A stretch of 64,000 nt of DNA from Escherichia coli. GTDB taxonomy: Bacteria; Pseudomonadota; Gammaproteobacteria; Enterobacterales; Enterobacteriaceae. Where the stretch lies: assembly GCF_036507355.1 (NCBI RefSeq), contig NZ_AP027877.1; one strand, 5' to 3'. The position numbers and the translations under genes were made by a program. The notes beneath the pieces are model-generated. The model had not been told where the DNA came from. It saw only the letters and a program-made list of their open reading frames with translations, and ran no database searches. Shown here one piece after another: positions 41,637 through 59,071 of the stretch; within the stretch, counting starts at the first letter, position 1; every line of letters begins with the position of its first letter.

Positions 41637-42461
41637 ATGAACAAAACCGCGATTGCGCTGCTGGCCCTGCTTGCCAGTAGCGTCAGCCTGGCAGCGACGC
41701 CGTGGCAAAAAATAACCCAACCTGTGCCGGGTAGTGCACAATCGATAGGCAGTTTTTCTAATGGCTGTATCGTCGGCGCTGACACGTTGCCGATACAGTC
41801 CGAACATTATCAGGTCATGCGTACCGATCAGCGTCGCTATTTCGGTCACCCGGACCTGGTGATGTTTATCCAGCGTCTGAGTAGCCAGGTGAGCAATCTG
41901 GGCATGGGTACGGTGCTGATTGGCGATATGGGGATGCCCGCTGGTGGGCGTTTCAACGGCGGTCATGCCAGCCACCAGACCGGACTGGATGTCGATATCT
42001 TTCTGCAACTGCCGAAAACTCGCTGGACCTCCGCGCAGCTCTTGCGCCCGCAAGCACTGGACTTAGTTTCCCGCGACGGTAAACACGTTGTCTCCACGCT
42101 GTGGAAGCCAGAAATTTTCAGCTTGATCAAACTCGCCGCCCAGGACAAAGACGTCACGCGCATTTTTGTTAATCCGGCGATTAAACAACAACTTTGCCTT
42201 GATGCGGGCACCGATCGCGACTGGTTGCGCAAAGTGCGACCCTGGTTCCAGCATCGTGCGCATATGCATGTACGATTACGTTGTCCTGCCGATAGTCTGG
42301 AGTGTGAAGATCAACCTTTACCGCCACCAGGCGATGGTTGCGGGGCAGAACTGCAAAGCTGGTTTGAACCTCCAAAACCGGGAACAACAAAGCCTGAGAA
42401 GAAGACACCGCCTCCGTTGCCGCCTTCCTGCCAGGCGCTACTGGATGAGCACGTGATCTAA
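41637..42461 (+). CDS. mepA: Murein DD-endopeptidase MepA
   Basis: 274 aa, signal peptide, MepA match. Confidence 0.9.
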   Translation: MNKTAIALLALLASSVSLAATPWQKITQPVPGSAQSIGSFSNGCIVGADTLPIQSEHYQVMRTDQRRYFGHPDLVMFIQRLSSQVSNLGMGTVLIGDMGMPAGGRFNGGHASHQTGLDVDIFLQLPKTRWTSAQLLRPQALDLVSRDGKHVVSTLWKPEIFSLIKLAAQDKDVTRIFVNPAIKQQLCLDAGTDRDWLRKVRPWFQHRAHMHVRLRCPADSLECEDQPLPPPGDGCGAELQSWFEPPKPGTTKPEKKTPPPLPPSCQALLDEHVI

Positions 42462-43270
42462 TGGAAACGTTTAATAGCCTGTTTATGGTTTCCCCGCTGT
42501 TGCTGGGAGTTCTCTTTTTTGTCGCCATGCTGGCGGGATTTATCGACTCGATTGCCGGTGGTGGTGGGTTACTCACGATTCCGGCATTAATGGCAGCGGG
42601 GATGTCTCCCGCTAATGCGCTGGCAACCAATAAACTGCAAGCCTGCGGCGGCTCTATTTCCGCCACTATCTACTTTATTCGCCGCAAAGTGGTTAGTTTA
42701 AGTGATCAGAAACTCAATATCGCCATGACCTTTATCGGCTCAATGAGCGGCGCACTGCTGGTGCAATACGTTCAGGCTGATGTCTTACGGCAGATTTTGC
42801 CCATTCTGGTGATTTGTATCGGCCTCTATTTCTTGCTGATGCCAAAGCTGGGTGAAGAAGATCGCCAGCGCCGGATGTACGGTTTACCTTTCGCGTTAAT
42901 TGCCGGTGGCTGCGTCGGTTTTTATGACGGATTCTTTGGTCCGGCAGCCGGATCGTTTTACGCGCTGGCCTTTGTTACGCTGTGCGGATTCAACCTCGCC
43001 AAAGCCACGGCTCACGCCAAATTACTCAACGCAACGTCAAACATCGGCGGTTTACTGCTGTTTATTCTCGGCGGCAAAGTGATTTGGGCGACGGGCTTTG
43101 TGATGCTGGTGGGGCAGTTCCTCGGCGCGCGCATGGGTTCAAGACTGGTGTTGAGCAAAGGACAAAAACTGATCCGCCCGATGATCGTTATCGTCTCGGC
43201 GGTGATGAGTGCCAAATTACTTTATGATAGCCACGGACAGGAGATCCTCCACTGGTTGGGGATGAACTAA
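42461..43270 (+). CDS. yfcA: TauE/SafE-family inner membrane protein YfcA
   Basis: 269 aa multi-TM protein. Confidence 0.85.
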   Translation: METFNSLFMVSPLLLGVLFFVAMLAGFIDSIAGGGGLLTIPALMAAGMSPANALATNKLQACGGSISATIYFIRRKVVSLSDQKLNIAMTFIGSMSGALLVQYVQADVLRQILPILVICIGLYFLLMPKLGEEDRQRRMYGLPFALIAGGCVGFYDGFFGPAAGSFYALAFVTLCGFNLAKATAHAKLLNATSNIGGLLLFILGGKVIWATGFVMLVGQFLGARMGSRLVLSKGQKLIRPMIVIVSAVMSAKLLYDSHGQEILHWLGMN

Positions 43271-43818
43271 TGAACAGTACACACCACTATGAGCAGTTGA
43301 TTGAAATTTTTAATAGCTGCTTTGCCGATGATTTTAATACCCGTCTGATTAAAGGCGACGACGAACCGATCTATCTTCCCGCTGATGCGGAAGTACCGTA
43401 TAACCGAATCGTCTTTGCTCATGGCTTTTATGCCAGCGCAATTCATGAGATTTCGCACTGGTGTATTGCCGGAAAAGCGCGCCGTGAGCTGGTTGATTTC
43501 GGCTACTGGTATTGCCCGGACGGACGCGATGCCCAAACGCAAAGCCAGTTTGAAGATGTTGAAGTGAAGCCGCAGGCGCTCGACTGGTTGTTCTGCGTGG
43601 CGGCTGGATATCCGTTTAACGTCAGTTGCGACAATCTGGAAGGCGACTTCGAACCGGACCGCGTGGTGTTTCAACGGCGAGTACATGCGCAGGTGATGGA
43701 TTATCTAACAAATGGCATTCCGGAACGCCCGGCACGTTTCATTAAAGCACTACAAAATTATTATCACACGCCGGAACTTACGGCGGAACAGTTCCCGTGG
43801 CCGGAAGCGCTCAACTGA
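43270..43818 (+). CDS. epmC: EF-P lysine hydroxylase EpmC (YfcM)
   Basis: 182 aa. Confidence 0.85.
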   Translation: MNSTHHYEQLIEIFNSCFADDFNTRLIKGDDEPIYLPADAEVPYNRIVFAHGFYASAIHEISHWCIAGKARRELVDFGYWYCPDGRDAQTQSQFEDVEVKPQALDWLFCVAAGYPFNVSCDNLEGDFEPDRVVFQRRVHAQVMDYLTNGIPERPARFIKALQNYYHTPELTAEQFPWPEALN

Positions 43819-43851
43819 AGCCAGCGCCACGTTTTACAATGAGGAAAGAAG

Positions 43852-44130
43852 ATGATCGCGGAGTTTGAATCACGCATTCTGGCATTAATCGACGGTATGG
43901 TTGACCATGCCAGTGATGATGAGTTGTTTGCCAGTGGGTATTTGCGTGGCCACCTGACATTAGCCATCGCAGAACTGGAAAGTGGTGATGACCACTCCGC
44001 TCAGGCGGTGCATACGACCGTTAGCCAGAGTCTGGAAAAAGCCATTGGTGCTGGTGAATTGTCGCCGCGTGACCAGGCGCTGGTGACCGATATGTGGGAA
44101 AACCTGTTTCAGCAGGCGTCACAGCAGTAA
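43852..44130 (+). CDS. yfcL: YfcL family protein
   Basis: 92 aa. Confidence 0.8.
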
Positions 44131-44136
44131 GTTGCG

Positions 44137-44191
<55 letters not shown>

Positions 44192-44198
44192 GTCACAC

Positions 44199-44257
<59 letters not shown>

Positions 44258-44258
44258 G

Positions 44259-45513
<1,255 letters not shown>

Positions 45514-45529
45514 ACAATGCCAAAGCTGG

Positions 45530-47602
<2,073 letters not shown>

Positions 47603-47622
47603 CTATTAATTGGCTGATCGGA

Positions 47623-47656
47623 CTTGTTCGGCGTACAAGTGTACGCTATTGTGCAT
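47623..47656 (+). promoter_or_regulatory. fabB control region: candidate FadR activator site and FabR palindrome
   Basis: GCTGATCGGACTTGTTC (47623-47639) FadR-box-like; GCGTACAAGTGTACGC (47641-47656) perfect palindrome resembling the FabR operator. Confidence 0.5.
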
Positions 47657-47694
47657 TCGAAACTTACTCTATGTGCGACTTACAGAGGTATTGA

Positions 47695-48915
47695 ATGAAA
47701 CGTGCAGTGATTACTGGCCTGGGCATTGTTTCCAGCATCGGTAATAACCAGCAGGAAGTCCTGGCATCTCTGCGTGAAGGACGTTCAGGGATCACTTTCT
47801 CTCAGGAGCTGAAGGATTCCGGCATGCGTAGCCACGTCTGGGGCAACGTAAAACTGGATACCACTGGCCTCATTGACCGCAAAGTTGTGCGCTTTATGAG
47901 CGACGCATCCATTTATGCATTCCTTTCTATGGAGCAGGCAATCGCTGATGCGGGCCTCTCCCCGGAAGCTTACCAGAATAACCCGCGCGTTGGCCTGATT
48001 GCAGGTTCCGGCGGCGGCTCCCCGCGTTTCCAGGTGTTCGGCGCTGACGCAATGCGCGGCCCGCGCGGCCTGAAAGCGGTTGGCCCGTATGTGGTCACCA
48101 AAGCGATGGCATCCGGCGTTTCTGCCTGCCTCGCCACCCCGTTTAAAATTCATGGCGTTAACTACTCCATCAGCTCCGCGTGTGCGACTTCCGCACACTG
48201 TATCGGTAACGCAGTAGAGCAGATCCAACTGGGCAAACAGGACATCGTGTTTGCTGGCGGCGGCGAAGAGCTGTGCTGGGAAATGGCTTGCGAATTCGAC
48301 GCAATGGGTGCGCTGTCTACTAAATACAACGACACCCCGGAAAAAGCCTCCCGTACTTACGACGCTCACCGTGACGGTTTCGTTATCGCTGGCGGCGGCG
48401 GTATGGTAGTGGTTGAAGAGCTGGAACACGCGCTGGCGCGTGGTGCTCACATCTATGCTGAAATCGTTGGCTACGGCGCAACCTCTGATGGCGCAGACAT
48501 GGTTGCTCCGTCTGGCGAAGGCGCAGTACGTTGTATGCAGATGGCGATGCATGGCGTTGATACCCCAATCGATTACCTGAACTCCCACGGTACTTCGACT
48601 CCGGTTGGCGACGTGAAGGAGCTGGCAGCTATCCGTGAAGTGTTCGGCGATAAGAGCCCGGCGATTTCTGCAACCAAAGCCATGACCGGTCACTCTCTGG
48701 GCGCTGCTGGCGTACAGGAAGCTATCTACTCTCTGCTGATGCTGGAACACGGCTTTATCGCCCCGAGCATCAACATTGAAGAGCTGGACGAGCAGGCTGC
48801 GGGTCTGAATATCGTGACCGAAACGACCGATCGCGAACTGACCACCGTTATGTCTAACAGCTTCGGCTTCGGCGGCACCAACGCCACGCTGGTAATGCGC
48901 AAGCTGAAAGATTAA
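47695..48915 (+). CDS. fabB: 3-oxoacyl-ACP synthase I FabB
   Basis: 406 aa, full-length FabB. Confidence 0.95.
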   Translation: MKRAVITGLGIVSSIGNNQQEVLASLREGRSGITFSQELKDSGMRSHVWGNVKLDTTGLIDRKVVRFMSDASIYAFLSMEQAIADAGLSPEAYQNNPRVGLIAGSGGGSPRFQVFGADAMRGPRGLKAVGPYVVTKAMASGVSACLATPFKIHGVNYSISSACATSAHCIGNAVEQIQLGKQDIVFAGGGEELCWEMACEFDAMGALSTKYNDTPEKASRTYDAHRDGFVIAGGGGMVVVEELEHALARGAHIYAEIVGYGATSDGADMVAPSGEGAVRCMQMAMHGVDTPIDYLNSHGTSTPVGDVKELAAIREVFGDKSPAISATKAMTGHSLGAAGVQEAIYSLLMLEHGFIAPSINIEELDEQAAGLNIVTETTDRELTTVMSNSFGFGGTNATLVMRKLKD

Positions 48916-49004
48916 TTCGGAGTAGGCCGGAGCAGGTCGGATAAGAGGCGCCAGCGTCGCATCCGACGTTACGCGCCAATGCGGCATCCGGCACTAACGC
49001 CAAA

Positions 49005-49027
49005 GGGAACCCGATGGTTCCCTTTTT
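49005..49027 (+). terminator. Rho-independent terminator of fabB
   Basis: GGGAACC-CGAT-GGTTCCC followed by TTTTT. Confidence 0.55.
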
Positions 49028-49186
49028 CACATCATTGACAATCGCCGCCTGTTCCAGGCAAACTTCCCGCTTTATCGATTTCCTTCTGAAAAGACGTACG
49101 CGTTAATTCCTGCCAACGCACCGTAACCCTGAAACCAGAGAGATGAGACGGGGATACTCCTCGCCTTGCGCTGCATTCTGGAGTAA

Positions 49187-51360
<2,174 letters not shown>

Positions 51361-51458
51361 TACGTATCCTTATACCTGAAATCTTCGCAAGTATGCCTGG
51401 CCGCGAGATTATGGCACACTTGTCCGGTTAACTCTCGTCTCATACAGGTAACACAAAC

Positions 51459-52595
51459 GTGAAAATCCTTGTTGATGAAAATATGCCTTATGCCCGCGAC
51501 TTATTTAGCCGTTTGGGTGAGGTGATCGCGGTTCCCGGGCGTCCAATCCCCGTCGCTCAACTGGCAGACGCGGATGCGCTGATGGTGCGTTCGGTCACGA
51601 AAGTGAATGAATCTTTGCTGGCAGGAAAACCCATTAAATTTGTTGGCACTGCCACTGCGGGGACCGACCATGTCGATGAAGCATGGTTGAAGCAGGCGGG
51701 AATTGGTTTTTCCGCTGCACCTGGCTGTAATGCGATTGCGGTGGTGGAATATGTTTTCTCCTCCCTGCTGATGCTTGCCGAACGCGATGGATTTTCACTG
51801 CACGAGCGTACCGTGGGGATCGTGGGCGTTGGTAACGTTGGTCGGCGTTTACAGGCACGACTGGAAGCGTTAGGGATTAAAACCTTACTTTGCGATCCGC
51901 CTCGCGCCGACCGTGGGGATGAGGGTGATTTCCGCTCGCTGGATGAGTTAGTCCAGCGCGCGGATATTCTGACTTTCCATACGCCACTCTTTAAAGATGG
52001 TCCGTACAAAACGCTGCATCTGGCGGATGAAAAACTGATCCGTAACCTGAAGCCAGGAGCGATTCTGATTAACGCCTGCCGTGGCGCAGTCGTCGATAAT
52101 ACCGCGCTGCTGACCTGCCTGAATGAAGGCCAGAAGTTAAGCGTAGTGCTGGATGTCTGGGAAGGCGAACCGGAACTTAACGTGGAGTTGCTGACAAAAG
52201 TGGATATCGGCACGCCGCATATTGCAGGCTATACCCTGGAAGGTAAAGCACGCGGTACTACGCAAGTGTTTGAAGCCTATAGCAAGTTTATTGGGCATGA
52301 ACAGCACGTTGCGCTGGATACATTACTGCCCGCGCCAGAGTTTGGTCGCATTACGCTGCATGGCCCGCTCGATCAACCAACGCTGAAAAGGCTGGTGCAT
52401 TTGGTGTATGATGTGCGCCGCGATGACGCACCGCTGCGTAAAGTCGCCGGGATACCGGGTGAGTTCGATAAACTGCGCAAAAACTATCTTGAGCGCCGTG
52501 AATGGTCATCTCTGTATGTAATTTGTGATGACGCCAGTGCGGCATCATTGCTGTGTAAACTGGGTTTTAACGCCGTTCATCATCCGGCACGTTAA
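51459..52595 (+). CDS. pdxB: Erythronate-4-phosphate dehydrogenase PdxB
   Basis: 378 aa from GTG ([11 protein letters not shown]). Confidence 0.9.
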   Translation: MKILVDENMPYARDLFSRLGEVIAVPGRPIPVAQLADADALMVRSVTKVNESLLAGKPIKFVGTATAGTDHVDEAWLKQAGIGFSAAPGCNAIAVVEYVFSSLLMLAERDGFSLHERTVGIVGVGNVGRRLQARLEALGIKTLLCDPPRADRGDEGDFRSLDELVQRADILTFHTPLFKDGPYKTLHLADEKLIRNLKPGAILINACRGAVVDNTALLTCLNEGQKLSVVLDVWEGEPELNVELLTKVDIGTPHIAGYTLEGKARGTTQVFEAYSKFIGHEQHVALDTLLPAPEFGRITLHGPLDQPTLKRLVHLVYDVRRDDAPLRKVAGIPGEFDKLRKNYLERREWSSLYVICDDASAASLLCKLGFNAVHHPAR

Positions 52596-52660
52596 TCTCT
52601 TCTTCATGCTCTCTGCTGTAACATTGGCAGGGAGCTTTGCTATTTCTGGAGTAAACCACC

Positions 52661-53674
52661 ATGTCTGAAGGCTGGAACATTGCCGTCCTGGGCGCAACTG
52701 GCGCTGTGGGCGAAGCCCTGCTTGAAACGCTGGCTGAACGTCAGTTCCCGGTTGGGGAAATTTATGCACTGGCACGTAACGAAAGCGCAGGCGAACAACT
52801 GCGCTTTGGTGGTAAGACAATCACCGTGCAGGATGCTGCTGAATTCGACTGGACGCAGGCGCAGCTGGCATTTTTTGTCGCAGGCAAAGAAGCTACCGCT
52901 ACCTGGGTTGAAGAAGCGACCAACTCAGGTTGCCTGGTGATCGACAGCAGCGGATTGTTTGCTCTCGAACCCGACGTACCGCTGGTGGTGCCGGAAGTAA
53001 ACCCGTTTGTACTGACCGATTACCGCAACCGGAATGTCATCGCCGTACCAGACAGTCTGACCAGCCAGCTGCTGGCGGCACTGAAACCGTTAATCGATCA
53101 GGGCGGTTTGTCGCGTATCAGTGTTACCAGCCTGATTTCAGCCTCCGCCCAGGGCAAAAAAGCGGTCGATGCGTTAGCGGGGCAGAGTGCGAAATTGCTC
53201 AACGGCATTCCGATTGACGAAGAAGATTTCTTCGGGCGTCAGCTGGCGTTCAACATGCTGCCGTTACTGCCGGATAGCGAAGGTAGCGTGCGTGAAGAAC
53301 GTCGTATCGTTGACGAAGTACGCAAAATCCTGCAGGACGAAGGGCTGATGATTTCGGCAAGCGTCGTCCAGGCACCGGTATTCTACGGTCATGCCCAGAT
53401 GGTCAACTTTGAAGCACTGCGTCCGCTGGCGGCAGAAGAAGCGCGTGATGCGTTTTCTCAGGGCGAAGATATTGTGCTCTCTGAAGAGAACGAATTCCCG
53501 ACTCAGGTAGGGGATGCTTCGGGTACGCCGCATCTTTCTGTTGGCTGTGTGCGTAATGATTACGGTATGCCGGAGCAAGTCCAGTTCTGGTCGGTGGCAG
53601 ATAACGTTCGCTTTGGCGGCGCGCTGATGGCAGTAAAAATCGCCGAGAAACTGGTGCAGGAGTATCTGTACTAA
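52661..53674 (+). CDS. usg: Aspartate-semialdehyde-dehydrogenase-like protein Usg
   Basis: 337 aa. Confidence 0.85.
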   Translation: MSEGWNIAVLGATGAVGEALLETLAERQFPVGEIYALARNESAGEQLRFGGKTITVQDAAEFDWTQAQLAFFVAGKEATATWVEEATNSGCLVIDSSGLFALEPDVPLVVPEVNPFVLTDYRNRNVIAVPDSLTSQLLAALKPLIDQGGLSRISVTSLISASAQGKKAVDALAGQSAKLLNGIPIDEEDFFGRQLAFNMLPLLPDSEGSVREERRIVDEVRKILQDEGLMISASVVQAPVFYGHAQMVNFEALRPLAAEEARDAFSQGEDIVLSEENEFPTQVGDASGTPHLSVGCVRNDYGMPEQVQFWSVADNVRFGGALMAVKIAEKLVQEYLY

Positions 53675-54486
53675 TGTCCGACCAGCAACAACCGCCAGTT
53701 TATAAAATTGCGCTGGGCATTGAGTACGACGGCAGTAGGTATTACGGCTGGCAACGGCAGAATGAAGTCCGCAGTGTGCAGGAGAAGCTGGAAAAGGCGC
53801 TCTCCCAGGTGGCGAACGAACCGATCACCGTCTTCTGCGCCGGGCGTACTGACGCAGGGGTACACGGTACCGGGCAGGTGGTGCATTTCGAAACTACCGC
53901 GCAGCGCAAAGACGCTGCGTGGACGTTGGGCGTAAATGCGAATTTACCTGGTGACATCGCCGTGCGTTGGGTTAAAGCTGTACCTGATGATTTTCATGCC
54001 CGATTTAGCGCCACGGCTCGCCGTTATCGCTACATCATCTACAATCATCGGCTGCGCCCGGCGGTACTGAGTAAAGGGGTAACCCATTTTTACGAACCGC
54101 TGGACGTTGAACGGATGCATCGGGCTGCGCAATGCTTGCTGGGCGAGAATGATTTCACCTCGTTCCGTGCGGTGCAGTGCCAGTCCCGAACCCCGTGGCG
54201 CAACGTTATGCATATTAATGTCACGCGTCACGGTCCTTATGTGGTGGTAGATATCAAAGCGAATGCCTTTGTACATCATATGGTCAGGAATATTGTCGGC
54301 AGCCTGATGGAAGTCGGTGCCCACAACCAGCCGGAGAGCTGGATAGCAGAGTTGCTGGCGGCAAAGGACAGAACGCTGGCAGCAGCAACGGCAAAAGCGG
54401 AAGGGCTGTATCTGGTCGCGGTGGATTACCCTGACCGGTTTGATCTTCCGAAACCGCCAATGGGCCCGCTATTTCTGGCGGACTAA
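53674..54486 (+). CDS. truA: tRNA pseudouridine synthase TruA
   Basis: 270 aa. Confidence 0.9.
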   Translation: MSDQQQPPVYKIALGIEYDGSRYYGWQRQNEVRSVQEKLEKALSQVANEPITVFCAGRTDAGVHGTGQVVHFETTAQRKDAAWTLGVNANLPGDIAVRWVKAVPDDFHARFSATARRYRYIIYNHRLRPAVLSKGVTHFYEPLDVERMHRAAQCLLGENDFTSFRAVQCQSRTPWRNVMHINVTRHGPYVVVDIKANAFVHHMVRNIVGSLMEVGAHNQPESWIAELLAAKDRTLAAATAKAEGLYLVAVDYPDRFDLPKPPMGPLFLAD

Positions 54487-54568
54487 CGAGAATAATGCTC
54501 GGAACATTTCAGGCTGTAGCCAACGTAGTTACAGCCTGAAAGATGACGAGTACAAGGCATAGGCAAAT

Positions 54569-55228
54569 ATGGACCTGATTTATTTCCTCATCGATTTTAT
54601 CCTGCACATTGACGTGCATCTGGCAGAGCTGGTCGCGGAGTACGGCGTCTGGGTTTATGCCATTTTGTTCTTAATTTTGTTCTGTGAAACCGGTCTGGTG
54701 GTAACGCCGTTTTTACCGGGTGATTCATTGCTGTTTGTTGCCGGTGCGTTGGCATCACTGGAAACCAACGATCTCAACGTCCATATGATGGTGGTGCTGA
54801 TGCTGATCGCCGCGATTGTGGGTGACGCGGTCAATTACACTATCGGGCGGTTGTTCGGTGAAAAGTTATTCAGTAATCCCAATTCGAAAATTTTCCGTCG
54901 CAGTTATCTCGACAAAACCCATCAGTTTTATGAGAAACATGGCGGCAAAACGATTATTCTCGCCCGTTTTGTGCCGATCGTCAGAACGTTCGCCCCGTTT
55001 GTTGCGGGAATGGGCCACATGTCGTACCGTCATTTCGCCGCTTATAACGTGATCGGCGCACTGTTGTGGGTACTGCTTTTTACCTACGCAGGCTATTTCT
55101 TCGGTACAATCCCGATGGTTCAGGATAACCTTAAGCTGCTGATCGTCGGGATTATTGTGGTTTCTATTTTGCCGGGCGTCATCGAAATAATCCGTCACAA
55201 ACGCGCTGCGGCACGCGCCGCAAAATAA
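54569..55228 (+). CDS. dedA: DedA-family inner membrane protein
   Basis: 219 aa. Confidence 0.9.
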   Translation: MDLIYFLIDFILHIDVHLAELVAEYGVWVYAILFLILFCETGLVVTPFLPGDSLLFVAGALASLETNDLNVHMMVVLMLIAAIVGDAVNYTIGRLFGEKLFSNPNSKIFRRSYLDKTHQFYEKHGGKTIILARFVPIVRTFAPFVAGMGHMSYRHFAAYNVIGALLWVLLFTYAGYFFGTIPMVQDNLKLLIVGIIVVSILPGVIEIIRHKRAAARAAK

Positions 55229-55383
55229 AAAGTAACTCCGCGGTTCGACCACTTTTTTATCCAAAGTTTCGGGCTGTTATGTTTTAATGTGCAACATTCA
55301 TGGTCTGTTGGGGGCAAAAATGGCATTATGCGTCCCCAAAGATAAAACTGGCATCGAACCAGGTTCAGACAGAAAGGTCCCTA

Positions 55384-56298
55384 ATGAGCTGGATTGAACG
55401 AATTAAAAGCAACATTACTCCCACCCGCAAGGCGAGCATTCCTGAAGGGGTGTGGACTAAGTGTGATAGCTGCGGTCAGGTTTTATACCGCGCTGAGCTG
55501 GAACGTAATCTTGAGGTCTGTCCGAAGTGTGACCATCACATGCGTATGACAGCGCGTAATCGCCTGCATAGCCTGTTAGATGAAGGAAGCCTTGTGGAGC
55601 TGGGTAGCGAGCTTGAGCCGAAAGATGTGCTGAAGTTTCGTGACTCCAAGAAGTATAAAGACCGTCTGGCATCTGCGCAGAAAGAAACCGGCGAAAAAGA
55701 TGCGCTGGTGGTGATGAAAGGCACTCTGTATGGAATGCCGGTTGTCGCTGCGGCATTCGAGTTCGCCTTTATGGGCGGTTCAATGGGGTCTGTTGTGGGT
55801 GCACGTTTCGTGCGTGCCGTTGAGCAGGCGCTGGAAGATAACTGCCCGCTGATCTGCTTCTCCGCCTCTGGTGGCGCACGTATGCAGGAAGCACTGATGT
55901 CGCTGATGCAGATGGCGAAAACCTCTGCGGCACTGGCAAAAATGCAGGAGCGCGGCTTGCCTTACATCTCCGTGCTGACCGACCCGACGATGGGCGGTGT
56001 TTCTGCAAGTTTCGCCATGCTGGGCGATCTCAACATCGCTGAACCGAAAGCGTTAATCGGCTTTGCCGGTCCGCGTGTTATCGAACAGACCGTTCGCGAA
56101 AAACTGCCGCCAGGATTCCAGCGCAGTGAATTCCTGATCGAGAAAGGCGCGATCGACATGATCGTCCGTCGTCCAGAAATGCGCCTGAAACTGGCGAGCA
56201 TTCTGGCGAAGTTGATGAATCTGCCAGCGCCGAATCCTGAAGCGCCGCGTGAAGGCGTAGTGGTACCCCCGGTACCGGATCAGGAACCTGAGGCCTGA
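55384..56298 (+). CDS. accD: Acetyl-CoA carboxylase carboxyltransferase beta subunit AccD
   Basis: 304 aa from [17 protein letters not shown]; zinc-finger CDSCGQ...CPKCDHH; track ORF begins upstream. Confidence 0.95.
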
Positions 56299-56367
56299 TA
56301 ACTGATAAGGGCAGGGCCACTGGCTCTGCCCTTTTGCTATTCTCACCGTAACGAATCAGCGGATACC

Positions 56368-57636
56368 ATGATTATCAAACGCACTCCTCAAGCCGCGTCG
56401 CCTCTGGCTTCGTGGCTTTCTTATCTGGAAAACCTGCACAGTAAAACTATCGATCTCGGCCTTGAGCGCGTGAGCCAGGTCGCGGCTCGTCTTGGCGTCC
56501 TGAAACCAGCGCCATTTGTGTTTACCGTTGCGGGTACGAATGGCAAAGGCACCACCTGCCGTACGCTGGAGTCGATTCTGATGGCGGCAGGGTACAAAGT
56601 GGGCGTCTACAGTTCGCCGCATCTGGTGCGTTATACCGAGCGCGTACGTGTACAGGGCAAGGAATTGCCGGAATCGGCCCACACCGCCTCTTTTGCGGAG
56701 ATTGAATCGGCACGCGGTGATATTTCCCTGACCTATTTCGAGTACGGTACGCTGTCGGCGTTGTGGCTGTTCAAACAGGCACAACTTGACGTGGTGATTC
56801 TGGAAGTAGGGCTGGGCGGTCGTCTGGACGCAACCAATATTGTCGACGCCGATGTCGCGGTAGTAACCAGCATTGCGCTGGATCATACCGACTGGCTGGG
56901 GCCAGATCGCGAAAGCATTGGTCGCGAGAAAGCAGGCATCTTTCGCAGCGAAAAACCGGCAATTGTCGGTGAGCCGGAAATGCCTTCTACCATTGCTGAT
57001 GTGGCGCAGGAAAAAGGTGCACTGTTACAACGTCGGGGCGTTGAGTGGAACTATTCCGTCACCGATCATGACTGGGCGTTTAGCGATGCTCACGGCACGC
57101 TGGAAAACCTGCCGTTGCCGCTTGTCCCGCAACCGAATGCCGCAACGGCGCTGGCGGCACTGCGTGCCAGCGGGCTGGAGGTCAGTGAAAATGCCATTCG
57201 CGACGGGATTGCCAGCGCAATTTTGCCGGGACGTTTCCAGATTGTGAGCGAGTCGCCACGCGTTATTTTTGATGTCGCGCATAATCCACATGCGGCGGAA
57301 TATCTCACCGGGCGTATGAAAGCGCTACCGAAAAACGGGCGCGTGCTGGCGGTTATCGGTATGCTACATGATAAAGATATTGCCGGAACTCTGGCCTGGT
57401 TGAAAAGCGTGGTTGATGACTGGTATTGTGCGCCACTGGAAGGGCCGCGCGGTGCCACGGCAGAACAACTGCTTGAGCATTTGGGTAACGGCAAATCATT
57501 TGATAGCGTTGCGCAGGCATGGGATGCCGCAATGGCGGACGCTAAAGCGGAAGACACCGTGCTGGTGTGTGGTTCTTTCCACACGGTCGCACATGTCATG
57601 GAAGTGATTGACGCGAGGAGAAGCGGTGGCAAGTAA
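56368..57636 (+). CDS. folC: Dihydrofolate / folylpolyglutamate synthase FolC
   Basis: 422 aa. Confidence 0.9.
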   Translation: MIIKRTPQAASPLASWLSYLENLHSKTIDLGLERVSQVAARLGVLKPAPFVFTVAGTNGKGTTCRTLESILMAAGYKVGVYSSPHLVRYTERVRVQGKELPESAHTASFAEIESARGDISLTYFEYGTLSALWLFKQAQLDVVILEVGLGGRLDATNIVDADVAVVTSIALDHTDWLGPDRESIGREKAGIFRSEKPAIVGEPEMPSTIADVAQEKGALLQRRGVEWNYSVTDHDWAFSDAHGTLENLPLPLVPQPNAATALAALRASGLEVSENAIRDGIASAILPGRFQIVSESPRVIFDVAHNPHAAEYLTGRMKALPKNGRVLAVIGMLHDKDIAGTLAWLKSVVDDWYCAPLEGPRGATAEQLLEHLGNGKSFDSVAQAWDAAMADAKAEDTVLVCGSFHTVAHVMEVIDARRSGGK

Positions 57637-58288
57637 GTTTCAGAATCGGTTAGTGGGCACGATCGTGCTGGTGGCGCTGGGGGTGATTGTACTTCCAGGG
57701 CTGCTGGACGGGCAGAAAAAACATTATCAGGATGAGTTTGCGGCTATCCCGCTGGTTCCAAAAGCGGGCGATCGCGATGAGCCTGATATGATGCCAGCCG
57801 CCACCCAGGCGTTGCCGACGCAGCCGCCAGAAGGCGCAGCGGAAGAGGTGCGGGCAGGTGATGCCGCAGCACCGTCGCTCGATCCGGCCACTATTGCAGC
57901 CAATAACACCGAGTTTGAACCGGAACCTGCACCGGTCGCCCCACCGAAGCCGAAACCGGTGGAGCCGCCTAAACCAAAGGTTGAAGCACCACCTGCGCCG
58001 AAGCCAGAACCGAAGCCGGTCGTGGAAGAAAAAGCTGCACCGACGGGTAAAGCCTATGTTGTGCAACTGGGTGCGCTGAAAAATGCCGATAAAGTGAATG
58101 AGATTGTCGGTAAGCTGCGCGGTGCCGGTTATCGGGTTTATACGTCGCCATCCACGCCAGTGCAGGGTAAAATTACCCGTATTCTGGTTGGGCCGGATGC
58201 CTCGAAAGATAAGCTGAAAGGTTCGCTGGGTGAGTTGAAGCAACTTTCTGGCTTAAGTGGCGTGGTAATGGGCTATACGCCGAATTAA
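57626..58288 (+). CDS. dedD: Cell-division protein DedD (SPOR domain)
   Basis: 220 aa from GTG with AGGAGA RBS; Pro/Lys-rich linker and C-terminal SPOR domain. Confidence 0.85.
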   Translation: MASKFQNRLVGTIVLVALGVIVLPGLLDGQKKHYQDEFAAIPLVPKAGDRDEPDMMPAATQALPTQPPEGAAEEVRAGDAAAPSLDPATIAANNTEFEPEPAPVAPPKPKPVEPPKPKVEAPPAPKPEPKPVVEEKAAPTGKAYVVQLGALKNADKVNEIVGKLRGAGYRVYTSPSTPVQGKITRILVGPDASKDKLKGSLGELKQLSGLSGVVMGYTPN

Positions 58289-58297
58289 TACGGTCTT

Positions 58298-58381
58298 GCC
58301 TGATGCGACGCTGGCGCGTCTTATCAGGCCTACGCAGGGTTAGAACCGTAGGTCGGATAAGGCGTTTACGCCGCATCCGAC
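58298..58381. repeat. REP / BIME cluster
   Basis: GCCTGATGCGACGCTGGCGCGTCTTATCAGGCCTAC ... GTAGGTCGGATAAGGCGTTTACGCCGCATCCGAC. Confidence 0.6.
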
Positions 58382-58474
58382 ACGCATTGCACGATGCCGC
58401 AAAGGCATAAAAAGTCGATGGCGTTGAATATTTTTTCAGCGCCATTTTTATTGATGCGCGGGAAGGAAATCCCT

Positions 58475-58490
58475 ACGCAAACGTTTTCTT
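58475..58490 (+). promoter_or_regulatory. PurR box upstream of cvpA-purF
   Basis: ACGCAAACGTTTTCTT fits the PurR operator consensus. Confidence 0.6.
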
Positions 58491-58546
58491 TTTCTGTTAG
58501 AATGCGCCCCGAACAGGATGACAGGGCGTAAAATCGTGGGACACAT

Positions 58547-59035
58547 ATGGTCTGGATTGATTACGCCATAATCGCGGTGATTGCTTTTTCCTCTCTGGTT
58601 AGCCTGATCCGCGGCTTTGTTCGTGAAGCGTTATCGCTGGTGACATGGGGTTGTGCTTTCTTTGTTGCCAGTCATTACTACACTTACCTGTCAGTCTGGT
58701 TTACGGGCTTTGAAGACGAACTGGTTCGAAATGGGATTGCCATCGCGGTACTGTTTATCGCTACCCTGATCGTTGGTGCTATCGTGAACTTCGTGATAGG
58801 CCAGTTGGTGGAGAAAACGGGGTTGTCAGGCACCGATCGGGTGCTGGGCGTCTGTTTCGGTGCGTTGCGCGGTGTGTTGATTGTTGCTGCCATTCTCTTC
58901 TTTCTCGACTCCTTTACCGGGGTGTCGAAAAGCGAAGACTGGAGCAAATCACAGCTGATCCCGCAATTCAGTTTTATCATCAGATGGTTTTTTGATTATC
59001 TGCAAAGCTCGTCAAGTTTCTTGCCCAGAGCGTAA
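58547..59035 (+). CDS. cvpA: Colicin V production protein CvpA
   Basis: 162 aa membrane protein. Confidence 0.9.
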   Translation: MVWIDYAIIAVIAFSSLVSLIRGFVREALSLVTWGCAFFVASHYYTYLSVWFTGFEDELVRNGIAIAVLFIATLIVGAIVNFVIGQLVEKTGLSGTDRVLGVCFGALRGVLIVAAILFFLDSFTGVSKSEDWSKSQLIPQFSFIIRWFFDYLQSSSSFLPRA

Positions 59036-59071
59036 GTGCTCTGAGATGTGGCTTAACGAGGAAAAAGACGT

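Noticed and set aside
47785-48987. 400-aa ORF on the minus strand
   Set aside because: Entirely antisense to full-length fabB. Long antisense frames are expected in GC-rich genes and it has no independent support; the same applies to the minus-strand ORFs over prmB-aroC-mepA (39530-42666), folC-dedD (56356-58243), purF (59558-60328) and pdxB (51557-52213).
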